Of a stretch of 64,000 nucleotides of DNA, positions 35,961 through 47,208 are shown in pieces (within the stretch, counting starts at the first letter, position 1; every line of letters begins with the position of its first letter). Made by a program: the position numbers and the translations under genes. The stretch is from Takakia lepidozioides. Taxonomy: Eukaryota > Plantae > Bryophyta. A model generated the notes under the pieces. The model saw only the letters and a list, made by a program, of their open reading frames with translations. It was not told the origin of the DNA and ran no database searches. The DNA lies in NCBI GenBank assembly GCA_030704615.1, contig CM060734.1, positions 49,352,001 to 49,416,000 of the forward strand, given 5' to 3'.

Positions 35961-38255
35961 ATGGTGAAACTGTGGGAATAGAACCTCACAGAGACGGTCG
36001 GTGTCACTTTTAGAGTGTTTGATACGTATTTTGCATGTTGTGAATGTCTCTCTCTCCTTTAGGGACAGTTAAAAGCACATGTAAATACATGAGAGGTTTC
36101 TGGGGTTTGCTTTTATTAGGCCTATTAAAATAATGGGATATTTGGGTGGATCTTAACATATCATTTCATGAACCCCTCCACCCCACCATGAGAGAATAAA
36201 ATGTTTATTCCTTCCAGACTCTCTTGTGATAAAATCGCTTGGCTTATGCACTGATAAGGTCGTCGGATAGTACAACCAACCTCTCTTGCATAACTAAAAA
36301 TCAGACATGTGTAGCTTCTTCCACCTGCAGACATAAATACTTTCTAATTCTCGCGGAATCATGTTTCATATCGGTCATTCCCAAATACAACGACTTATCT
36401 TTTAGAAGCTTGCAAATAGTCATCCTAGGAACATAAGTTTTAAACTTCTTGTTCACCACATTGACGTAAGAGCTCTATTAGACATCTGATTACTCTCATG
36501 ATACTAGGCTAAAATTTTTATTATCTCTCTTTTTTTGTGAATTGTCTTCCCAATCAATCACTTGGCATCTAACTCATAGGTACAACACATCTATATAATC
36601 ATATGTGGGTGGGCCTACCTATCAACAATTGAAAAGAAAACTGCATACATACTTCAATGACATTGTAACTACTCTCACTAAAAGACGATTTGATGCTTTT
36701 AGTATCAGAGTTTGATTGTTCAAGGTCAATTTTGATTCTTGAGACTCCAACTCACAAGTACACATCCATAAGGGCAATGCTCTGTAATTTTCGAGACACT
36801 TACAGAGCATCCACTTCTTCCCGATCGCAAAATCCAGCCCTAGATTTCTAATGCACTCTAACTCACAGAACCACTTAGAGGCACAATCCCGATACCATCT
36901 ACTTGCAAAATATCTAACGCATGTACAACTACTGGTATATGTGATCTTGTCTCTCAAAATCAATCTCCATGTCAAGTGTCGAAATGCAGAACCTACAGTC
37001 GTTGTATCAACATATTCGCTTCTGATTTGATCACCTCCTACTTACTTTCTAGTCTTCTGATTGGTTATGTTTTAGGGATGTAATCTTATGATAATCTAGT
37101 TGAAACTTATAATTATGGAGCATATCTCATCTTAGGTGAAGCGTTTATGGTGTAAGGTTAAAGATGAGCTGGCGGCTGCTTTAGCGTAGCCCAACTTGGC
37201 TCCCCAAGCAAGTAGCACGTTTCTATGGATTAGTGAGTGGACTAATGGACCGTCTATGTTTATGAGTAGATTAATGATGTGGGCTTGTGGATTGTTAAAC
37301 ATTTGACCTGAAATGTTGAGTGTAGGTCCCTTAAGCTATTCATGAAGGAGCTTAAGTAGTTATAAGAAAGCTTATAATGTGAGATAATGAATACTATCAT
37401 GCACCACTTAAATTACTTGCAACATATGGTACACTACACTGGTGGAAACCATGGTTGAAGTTTCCCTTAGGCATGCACCACGTAAATCTTATGTGTGCAT
37501 GTCACGGTGATCATGCACTACTTAAAATGTGTGGTCAATTTTTCATTGAGCATGCACCACTTTACTTGCATACATATCTTGTGGCATGGCAACGTAAACC
37601 CTAAACCCAGCCACCACCATTTATAAGGAACATGGAGCATGGAGTATGGCCAACATGGAGAATGACATAGCATCGCGAGGGTGGTATGCCAGCGAGGTTA
37701 TTTTATCCTCTCGCTCTAATTAAGGGGCCTGATTTGGTATTTTTCTTTCATAAAAAAACATGTCATCTGTTTTTCAAAAAAAAAGAAAAAGAACCCCTTA
37801 GACCATTTAGAGAAAAAAGAGAGGCAAAACTTAAAGGTTACAAACAAAAAATTGCCAAATAAATAATATTGATTAAAAGTAAAACAGATATATCAAAAAT
37901 AGCCTATACGTCAGAAAAGATATCGATATCTACTACCTCATAATATGTCCTTTTTTCTTTTTCTTTTTAATTTTTTAAACAGAACAGGGGATGTCTTCCC
38001 CTTTTCTTTAATGCAATTCAGGGCCTCTGTTCCCTGTTTCCCCACCCAAAAAAAAGAAAAAAGAAAAAACCAAGATCAGAAAAAGATAGAGTAGAATATG
38101 CTTTTAAGAAAAGTAGTAAATTTCTAAGGTAATAAAATAGAGTCTATTGTCCCACACTTGGATCACTGCTGGCTTGCCTTGTCTTCCTCTCTGCAACTCA
38201 ATTCATGGCGATTCAGCGCTGCTGCTGCTACTATCCTGTGAAACACAGACCGCAT

Positions 38256-39395
38256 ATGGACCCAAGGGTGTGGAGAGCACTTCCCACTGCCCTTGTGGAG
38301 AAGGTTCTGGCACACCTCCCAATCGTTAATTCAAATCTACTGAGAAATCAAGCTGTGTGTCAGGCTTGGAAATCTTTCCTGTCGTCCTCTTATTTCAGAT
38401 GTATGCATACAAAGGTTTGGAGCGACAAAAGACATGTTGGCGAGTCCTACCAACTTTTGGGACTTAATATTGGGGTGCCTTGGGGGCCCAAGTGCATTAC
38501 TATGTATGATTTTGGTACAAAAAGATGGTTGAAGTTGCCTACAAGTTGTCCTCCAGATCTTCCACATATTCTGGTGGAAGCCACATGTGGAGGATTATTG
38601 TGCGTTTCAGAATGCAATCAGCTTTGGATCTGCAACCCAGTCACAAACAGGTGGAGAAGACTGCCTCCTTCGATTGATAATGGTCGCTGGGTTTTAGATG
38701 TGTACTCCGGCCACTCTACGATTCAGTTGGTCATGGATGTGGGTAATACTACTTATAAAGTGGTTTCGCTTGCTTCGAACCTTCAGATGGTATATCACTC
38801 TTCCACCGATGCATGGACTACCACCCATGCTGTTCTTCCATTTTCCAGGAGTGATTACTGTGCAGTATCCCACCAGGAGGCCGTCACATGTGGCAACTTT
38901 ATTTACATGAAGGTGGAAGACAACTACAAGACACCTGGAATAATTGCGTTTGACATTAAACAAGGTCGCTGCCTTGTACAAGACTTCCACAAAATTCCTG
39001 GTACTGTGCAGTCGGGTGTACTGGGGGTTCGCCTTGTGACCTACAAGGATTCTCTCTTCGTACTTGTTCATGAATTGGAGAACTCCAAAGTGCCCAAAAT
39101 CAGGATCCCCATCCCAGTAGTACTCAGAAAGTATGAACCAGCTACACATGAATTCATCCTGATCGCCAAGATGCCTGCTCATATGGCTATGCTGGTTACA
39201 TGGGGCCCCAGGTTTGAGCAGGCCTGTGTCACAGTACATGGAGATGATCTTTTCATGGCCACTCCTTCTGCCCTCATGAGGTACAATTTTATCAAGGGGT
39301 CTTGGAAAAGAGGCAAGATTAGACATTCAGGGGGCTGCAGAAAATTGAGTGAAGCACCATTTTGTTTCAAGCCCAATCTCAGCGCTCAAGTCTAA
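38256..39395 (+). CDS. Intronless F-box protein with kelch/FBA-like C-terminal domain (copy 2)
   Basis: MDPRVWRALPTALVEKVLAHLP...VCQAWKSFLSS F-box, ATCGGLLCV, WICNPVTNRWRRLPP and FCFKPNL. Intact; an alternative upstream ATG lies at 38205. Confidence 0.9.
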   Translation: MDPRVWRALPTALVEKVLAHLPIVNSNLLRNQAVCQAWKSFLSSSYFRCMHTKVWSDKRHVGESYQLLGLNIGVPWGPKCITMYDFGTKRWLKLPTSCPPDLPHILVEATCGGLLCVSECNQLWICNPVTNRWRRLPPSIDNGRWVLDVYSGHSTIQLVMDVGNTTYKVVSLASNLQMVYHSSTDAWTTTHAVLPFSRSDYCAVSHQEAVTCGNFIYMKVEDNYKTPGIIAFDIKQGRCLVQDFHKIPGTVQSGVLGVRLVTYKDSLFVLVHELENSKVPKIRIPIPVVLRKYEPATHEFILIAKMPAHMAMLVTWGPRFEQACVTVHGDDLFMATPSALMRYNFIKGSWKRGKIRHSGGCRKLSEAPFCFKPNLSAQV

Positions 39396-40823
39396 AATAG
39401 GGTTATCATCACCTTTTGTATCTTTCAAGATCTTTGACTTTGCAGTTCAATTGTTTTTGGCATTTTGTTGGGTCACAAGACTCTCCTGCTGGACCTCTTC
39501 TGGTAACAACCTGTTCCTCCCATCTGCAAAGTTCCTAGTCCCTGTTTTTGTCTGCAAATTCTGCACGCAACTGTTCTATTGTTTTGGGCAACTTATCAAT
39601 CTAAAGTCTGCATAGCAATATGTTATCAATCTCACCATTCTTTTGGGTTGAATTTGTTGCCTGCCTCACCTTAACACCTTATACAGTGTTGCAAACTGCA
39701 GAGGTAGAACTTTGCTATGAGATTCATGAACCGCACCAACATTACATTGGGTCTGGTCCAAGGCAAGGGTTGGTGTGCTCGAAACTGGTGCCTATCCAGC
39801 CCAGGTTAACTGAGCAGCACCAACTGAACTGCAGTAAACTTCAGTTGTGAACAAGGAGCCGAGTCAGTTGGCCACGATGCAGCCCTTCCCCCTCTCCTCA
39901 ATTCTTGTGGATAGCTGGCATGGTTGCCTCTACAGAAGCTACATATCATGCACTCAGAGGGATTAGCATGCCAAGTGATGACTGAAAGATAGGAAAACAA
40001 GTAGAGCCGCTTGTTCTTTTTGCATTTGCTCAATTCAGTTACCACATACACAGTCCCTGCAACTGCAAGCAACAATTGTGGCTTAGTTTAGTAACGGATT
40101 GGATGTCTCACGGCAATAGACAAGGAATCCATCAGGGCCCAACAGTCCACCACTTCCAGCACCACAATAATCTAGCATCAAAACTTTCAGCATGTGTAAT
40201 TGACACTTTTCAAAACTGTGACGGGAGAGGTGCTCAGGTGTCAGCCATTAGTTCCTGTCAGTTTATGTCACCACCCTTACAGCCCTAGATAGGAATCCAC
40301 AGGCCCCTATTGACAAAGCTCATGCCATTAATGCCCAAGTCTACTCTAGAGATTCTACCAAAAACACCCAATACCTCAATAGCTCCAATACGTACAACCA
40401 GAAAAACTGTAGAGGAAATGTCAAAGCTGAGCTAGCTACCTAACAGCGCCGGAAAGAGCTGCTGCCTTGTAGTGGGCAGTTTTAATGGCCATTTTCAAAC
40501 AGCACAGACAATTTGTTACGATTCTTTTACTCTAGGCTTTCGCACCGCTAACCTTGAGTACCAGCTTGGTGAAGATGCCCTCCTCTGTTTTCGACTAGAT
40601 GAACCATGTAGTAATCATGCAACAGTCAGCGCAAGCATCTACAGTGTGGCCCCAATGCCCTAACCACCAGCTATCCATTGAAATGGTACATGAAGCTCAA
40701 AACTAGAACTTTGTTACCTTCAGCTTGAAGACCACCTCAAACCAGCCTCCAAAATGGTTGCTTCTGGGAGAGAGCTGCTGTGCTCAAGAAGCACAGCCCA
40801 CTTTAGGCTTCGACGAGCATGAA

Positions 40824-43095
40824 TCAGACGTAAGCATCCAGACTTGGATCAACGAACAGCCCCCGTATGGAGAATTTGAGAAAATTTGCACTGAGAGGGC
40901 AGCTTGGCAGCCAGCACCACACTGAGGGTTGCTTTGAAAAATCACAAACCATCACCTAAGGCATGTCCCAACATAATTAGCTCTTCAAACAAGTATTCTC
41001 AATAAAACTGATATCCAAATCTGCTGATTAATATTGAGGGATGAAAAGAGACAGGTGCTCATTACTTGCACTAGGTTCATGGGAAAGAGTGACATCAATA
41101 ATGATTTCTTTGGCATGTTGGCTACACTTACCCGTAACAGCTCCATATGATGCTACCCCTGCCATTGTCTGTGTGGGCTTTCCATCTGAAAGGATAGTTG
41201 GAAGTCATCCTTGTAACACTCGATTTCCTCAGTAAAATTGTGTTTGATTTCAAGGTTAGTAATGAGATGAAAAGAGAGACATAAAAGAAAGCAAAGCATC
41301 AATTGAGCTTCTTCCAAGAAAGTACTCTCACAAGGTCAGAGTATTTAGTACTCCACCCATACAAAACTACTGTAGGTCACCTGTGTGTGTGAGTCCTTGA
41401 AGAAGTAGAGAAGATCACCATTCCCAGCACACTTTAAATCGGAGGCAGTCTTCTCTTTGAAGAAGTGCTGGAAGCACTCGTTAGGCATTTGCTCCACCTC
41501 TACCCACTCCAGCTTCTCAGCCTGTGAAAGCTCCCATATGTGGACATGCTCACAGACCCGTTCAGTGCCGACCCCTCCAACTAGCAGCAACCGGCCCCTC
41601 CTTTGTATGAGAAAAGAACAGAACAGGAACTTTGGGGGGGGTACTGGGACCTCTGTCCAGACAGCTGTCTTCATGTCATAGGCCATAATGCTATAAGGTC
41701 TCCCCGATGTGAGGCAGTACAGAACCCTGTTACAGAAAACTGTCTTTGATGTCCACCATGTGATTCGCACGGTAAATTCCCTGCGGACGGGTCCTGTAAT
41801 CTGCCACAAAGCCAAATACAGCAATGAGTTCCAATTTACATATACAAGAGAGTTTGAGTTTGAGCTTGAATGCTTACCTTTCCCATCACTGAAACAATCT
41901 TATTTAGGGCTTAAGGTGCTGCAGTGCTCGGCCTGACCAGTAAAACATGCCATTTTTCCCGAGCATGAGACGCTGACAACTCTTACAAGTTCTACAAAGA
42001 AACCACCTCTATCACTGGAAACCTTCATATTATCAATACTGGGGTGGGTTATGGGCAATAAGTAGAGAAAGGTCCTATGAAGACATATCTAAGGAGTGTC
42101 TAGTTGAAGAGACTGCCGGGTTTGTTACCAATAACCCAGCTTCTTGCACGGATAAACTGCGCCGATCGAAAAATTATAGAGTGGGCGCTAGAGCGTCCCC
42201 AGATATAGCCTTCCGGGTCCCTCACCATATCACAAATCGTTAAAGAAACAAGCGCGTGACCAGTACAACTACAACTTGACTGCTCTAAGCGTGGTAAGCA
42301 CAAAATAGCATCCAAGCACAGCTGATGGGTAGTCCAAGGCAATTTTGTCAGAAGTTCAAAATAAACTCTAAGCAAGAATCACGAAAAGAAACCCATGCGA
42401 GGATGAGGCCTGGAAAACATACAGACACCAACCTGCCAAGAGTCAGTCAACGAGTCGTAAACCTCGGTTGTACATTCATACTCTCCCCCAATCTCCGAAG
42501 TGCCGCCAGCGACCACAATCTTGAAGCTGTTGCTCCTCTTCTCTTCATATATCCCGACCAAGGAGTTCAGACGCTTATGGATCATGGAAGGCAGCTCGCG
42601 CCATGCCCGAGTCATGGGGTTGCACACGGCCAGTATTCCAGCATTGATCAATCCCCCTCTCACAAACAAAAGCCCCCCGGCAGCAGTCAATGGAAACCTC
42701 GTGTAATGGGGAAGAAATGTGAGGGGAATATTGTGCCATATGTTCTGCACAGGATTGTACGCGCACGTATTCTCCCTGCAGTTGAAGGAGGAGCACATGA
42801 ACAACCATGGTGGGCCCCGAGACGGCGACTCACGGTACATCTTGTTGAACATTTTAGATCTGATGGTGGAATTCCAGACCTTGCAAACCCCACGGTTGCG
42901 GAATAGGCTAGGAATGGGCAGCCACAGCAGAATGCGCTCAATTAACTCGGCAGGAAGCATGCTCCACAGACCTGTCTCCATTTGTTCTTGAGCTCCCAGG
43001 GACCCTGAGCTCTCACCTTGGCATGCCTCATCCTCGCTGTCTGTGTCCATCGCATAGCCCTTTTCCTTGCCTACAGATCCCTCAGAAAGCTCCAT
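40824..43095 (-). CDS. F-box/kelch-repeat protein, 3 exons
   Basis: Exons 43095-42433, 41800-41381 and 40955-40824, all phase 0 with GT-AG. Motifs LWSMLPAELIERILLWLPIPSLFRNRGVCKVWNS, VCNPMTRAWRELP and TEVYDSLTDSW. Confidence 0.92.
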
Positions 43096-43770
43096 GATGC
43101 ACACACGAGCAGCTCAGGAAACAGCATGGAGTGCACTAGACAGTAGATAAGCTCAGAATGGTCACCGCTGACGAGCACTGTGCCTATACCATACGGTGCT
43201 GTAAAAACCTTACAGTACAAGTAAAACCGAGTTAGTAATAAAATTATCCACACCTGGATTTTATTATTTGTTCGATATTTGTTGCACAGTTTATTATTAT
43301 TTATTGAACAATTGTTTTGAAATTTGTTTTTGTATTTTTGTATTTTCTGTATTTTCTAGAAAAAGGAAAAAAGAAAAACAATTGGCCGGGAGCGACAGCT
43401 CACACAATCATTTCAGGCTTTACAGAGGAGGGGTAAGAAATTATGATTTTTTTGTTCCTTTTTTTAAAACAGGGACGGTGGCCCTGGAGACTTTATTGGT
43501 TGGTATGAATGTGTTTATGTTATTGTCTTTTGAAACACAGGTAGAAACATTTACCTCGATTTTTTGTAGGGAAAAATTTAAAATCCTCATACCGTAAAAG
43601 AAAAAGAAAAAAATTTAAATTATATATATATATATATTAAACAGGGGATAAAGGCCCCAGATGAAAACTTTATTTGGGTTTATTTGGGGGAAAAAATTAA
43701 AACCCCTATTACACCATAAGGCACACACACTGTAGTGATTATACCATAAGGCGTACATATGTCTACATCC

Positions 43771-43888
43771 TGTCGAGCCATTCCTTCCTCTCCAACTTCC
43801 AAGCCTCCCGCGGTCCCACTGATTGGCTCTTCTCACATTGTCCGGTTGCCTCACCTTCCCAAACTGGCCAAATGAATTGGGGTAAATG
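43771..43888. repeat. Dispersed repeat, direct copy of 31227-31339
   Basis: Direct sequence similarity; the associated motif GGGAGCGACAGCTCACA also occurs at 43388 and ~31508. Confidence 0.85.
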
Positions 43889-46800
43889 GTTGATCCCCTC
43901 AATGAGGGAAGACAGCCGGACCGGGACGACGGCCGAAACACAAGAGCACACCTAAAAGGACCCAGACCGATTTGCAAGCATGGTTTTGAAACAAGACTAT
44001 CTAATTGTGCACCGACTTTGTCAAAAATCCGGGCTATCAATAATGAAGGAGTGAGGCCAGAGTTTTTTTTAAAAAATTCGGAAAATAGCACGAGTGGCTA
44101 CAGAGCTTTGCAAAACTTAGGCATATATTCTGTTCATCCATTCAAATTAGGAAATAATCATCCATATCCATACTTTCATCCATTCATATCATCCACATTT
44201 GGCACATTCATCCATAAATTTTAATTTTGTTTGGAGAAATTTGGCGATTTCATCCATGAAAAAACATGGAATTTGCTATGGAATATTCTTTTCTATTTTT
44301 TGAGGTCGCCATTTGGCGAAATTGGCCAAAAATAAAAACGCTGACTGTGAGGCTTTTAGTTGTTTAAGTTTTAAGTTTTAAAAAAAAAAGTTTAAAGTTT
44401 TTTGAGGTTAAATGATAGCATTTCGCCTACAGATTTCTTAAAGACCCTAATATCTTCTTACTGCGGTAGTAGAATTATACTCGTATGAGCTCAATTTTGA
44501 GATAGTCTGTAATGTGAATACATTTTCGTTTCGCCAAACATATTTTATGTATATTTTCAAAAATGTGGAATATTCTATTTGTGCTGGTGTGACCTCAGGC
44601 GCTACCCAACACCCAACCTCACGGTGAAGTGACCCACAAGTTAAGCTTCTGCAAGAGTCTTCCGTCCGAGGTGGATGAATTCTGTGAGTCCACCGAAGAA
44701 GGAAATATGGGTCTATTATACATTGGATGAAGTGCGTGGCTAAAGGGCTGTGGAGCCCCCTCTTTCGCTGCCACTTGTATGGTGAAGGTCGTAACAGTGC
44801 CGGCTCGATCCTGAACGATCTCCGATCACCCTTTACTTGGCGAGACTGTGGCTGCCCTGTGAGCTTGGATCCCCCAGGACCAGCTCGCCGTCGTTCCACA
44901 CTTGCGAGATGAGTACGGGCGTCCCCCAAAACAAAATCCAAACATAATCGTACGAGCATAGAAATCTGCAGCTTCACTCCAAGGGGAATCCCACTCCTCA
45001 GTCGGACGACGTGCAGGACTGCGGCATAGACACTTATCCTCCGATTTTTCTAAGGAATAGGCATCAGCTTCTCCAATACATCCCCGCTCTGCAGCTTTGA
45101 AAATGTGATCGCGGTTCATGACCCCAACAAAGCAGCCTATGAGGCGGCCGTGGACAAATTGATTTACCAAGTTTGACCAGCAATATTGTCCTTCCATGAT
45201 GATCACATGCTTTACTCTCGCTTTACTGTCGATTCAGTCCTAAGTAACCTTCTCACAAGGGATTGTTGTAACATTCACCTCATGATAGCAATCGAAGAGC
45301 TCGAACAATTAGATACTCGTTACTAATCATCTAGGAGGGAAAGCCCCAAGTACTATAGACCAGGTGGAAGTAAATACTGTGCACAATACCTCCACAACAG
45401 TCAAATGTCATTGATAAGGCCTAGGTAATGATGTCAGAGCAAACAGAGAGCAAACACCAAGAGATACCTACCACAAGTCAAGAAAGTAGTTCAGTGCTTA
45501 CCTTCACCTCAGGGGTGGGTTTGCCCTCCCCAAAAGCGTACACATTGACTAGAGTAGCAAGTGTGTCCAAAGCTCTCTCATAATCAGTTGAGAGATCCAT
45601 CATCCGCTGCTCGAAAGGTCTCAAATTGTCCATAATGCGAACCTTCTGTTTTGTTGTACACAGAATGTGAGTCTTTAATCTGTAATTGGAGTTCCTTCAG
45701 TTTCATCACACACGTTGGCAACCTAGTTGGCGAATTACAGAACTTACAAAACATCAGTTCCGACTCTCAAGTCAAGGTTTTACTTGAGCACTCTGGCAGT
45801 TAAGTGCACACTAAACATCAGCTTAAAAGCAGTCACGATCATTCTCAAGATTAAAACCACTTCAGCTTCAACGAAAATGAAGCTTTCCTGTTTCCAGCAT
45901 TGCAAGGTCTTTGGGACCACATACTGGCGAAGTAATTGGGGTATATCTAGATGAATCCATTGATCAAAATGTTTTAAGAGAAGCTTGCAACTTGGCAGCC
46001 CTTTAGAGCATGGAAGCTTTCTCTCAGTGTCAGGCAAAGATCTTGAATAGCCTGTGCAAGCAGGGAGACAATCTTCCAAAGTATTTTGCAGATATTTACA
46101 AACATGATGACTGTATTTTGTTAAGACCCAGGTTCACGAATCTAACTTAGAGATCTGACTTGACGAAATCCGAGTGCACTTACGTCATCCGACATACGGC
46201 CCAAGGTAGTAATCTACTCGTACTGCACGACTGGCACTATTGCTTGAACCCTAACCCTAATCCTATTCACCGGTGGGTTTCGTGGTGTCTCTCTCTGCTT
46301 CCTTCTGTGCAAGAATGGCTGTCCGAGCCCCACGGTTCTGCCAACCGAAATCTCCCGAGTTTGATCCCTCTCTTACAATTGCAGGGTTTGTGGAATTTTC
46401 AGGGTTCTGCGAAAGGGAAATCTGTAGAGACCAGCAGAAGAAAGAGATTTGTTCCTCAACCGAGGTGGAAAGTCAGTTGAAATCGCATCTTTCTTAAACT
46501 GCGCATTTGGTCATTCGACTCTAGGTAAGCTACTGCCTTGAGCTAACAGAAGAAATGGTTGTTCTTAGCAGAAAGAAAAATTCTATGCCAGGACAGCTTC
46601 CAAAAAGCGAAGTTTTGAAGTAGCTTCCCCCGTTTTTCTTCCCCAATCGTTGGCAAAGGTACTTCATTTAGATGTCTGCTATGTCATAAAGGGTCTCTTC
46701 ATTTAGACAATTATAATTTTCCGGAGGCGAGTTCCTGGCCGATGGTTTTGCATGCAGAGTGACAGCTGTGCAGTTCCTGTATGTTGGAAGTGCTTGAAGA

Positions 46801-47208
46801 GCTTCCAACATCATGCAACTGTGCTCCATGAGCACTAGCACCAGGCACTGATGAACACAAGAGCTGCACCTAATTTACACCTCATAAGGGCTTGAATCTA
46901 CACTTATAATATGAAATATGAGCCACTGTTGCAAGGGTGTCCTAATAAATATAAAAGGTGGTACTCATTGTACCGTTCTGCTTTTCTGCATGGTTCTAGC
47001 AATGTGGGCTGCCAAGGAAACGGAGAGCCTAGAACTGGCATCGCATTTGAAGGTTGAATCTGATTCTTCTTCAAATTCATGAAGATGAAGTTATAGGAGT
47101 TCAGTGGCTTGCAGGACACGGAGGAGGAACATAGACTCTTTACAGGGAGGAGGGGCTCAGATTCAAGAAGATACCACTTACAGAGGTGGTCATATTGAGT
47201 TTCAAGCT

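Noticed and set aside
37395-37565. CACTA/CACTG-like end with CATGCACCAC repeats
   Set aside because: No partner terminus or 3-bp TSD found; the repeats lie on both sides of the supposed end.
44778-44835. GGTGAAGGTCGTAACA...GATCACC resembling the SSU rRNA 3' end
   Set aside because: Only short interrupted matches; the intervening and flanking sequence is not rRNA-like.
46248-46265. CCCTAACCCTAA telomere-like motif
   Set aside because: Only two units; it may be a telo-box-like promoter motif but is too short to support a call.
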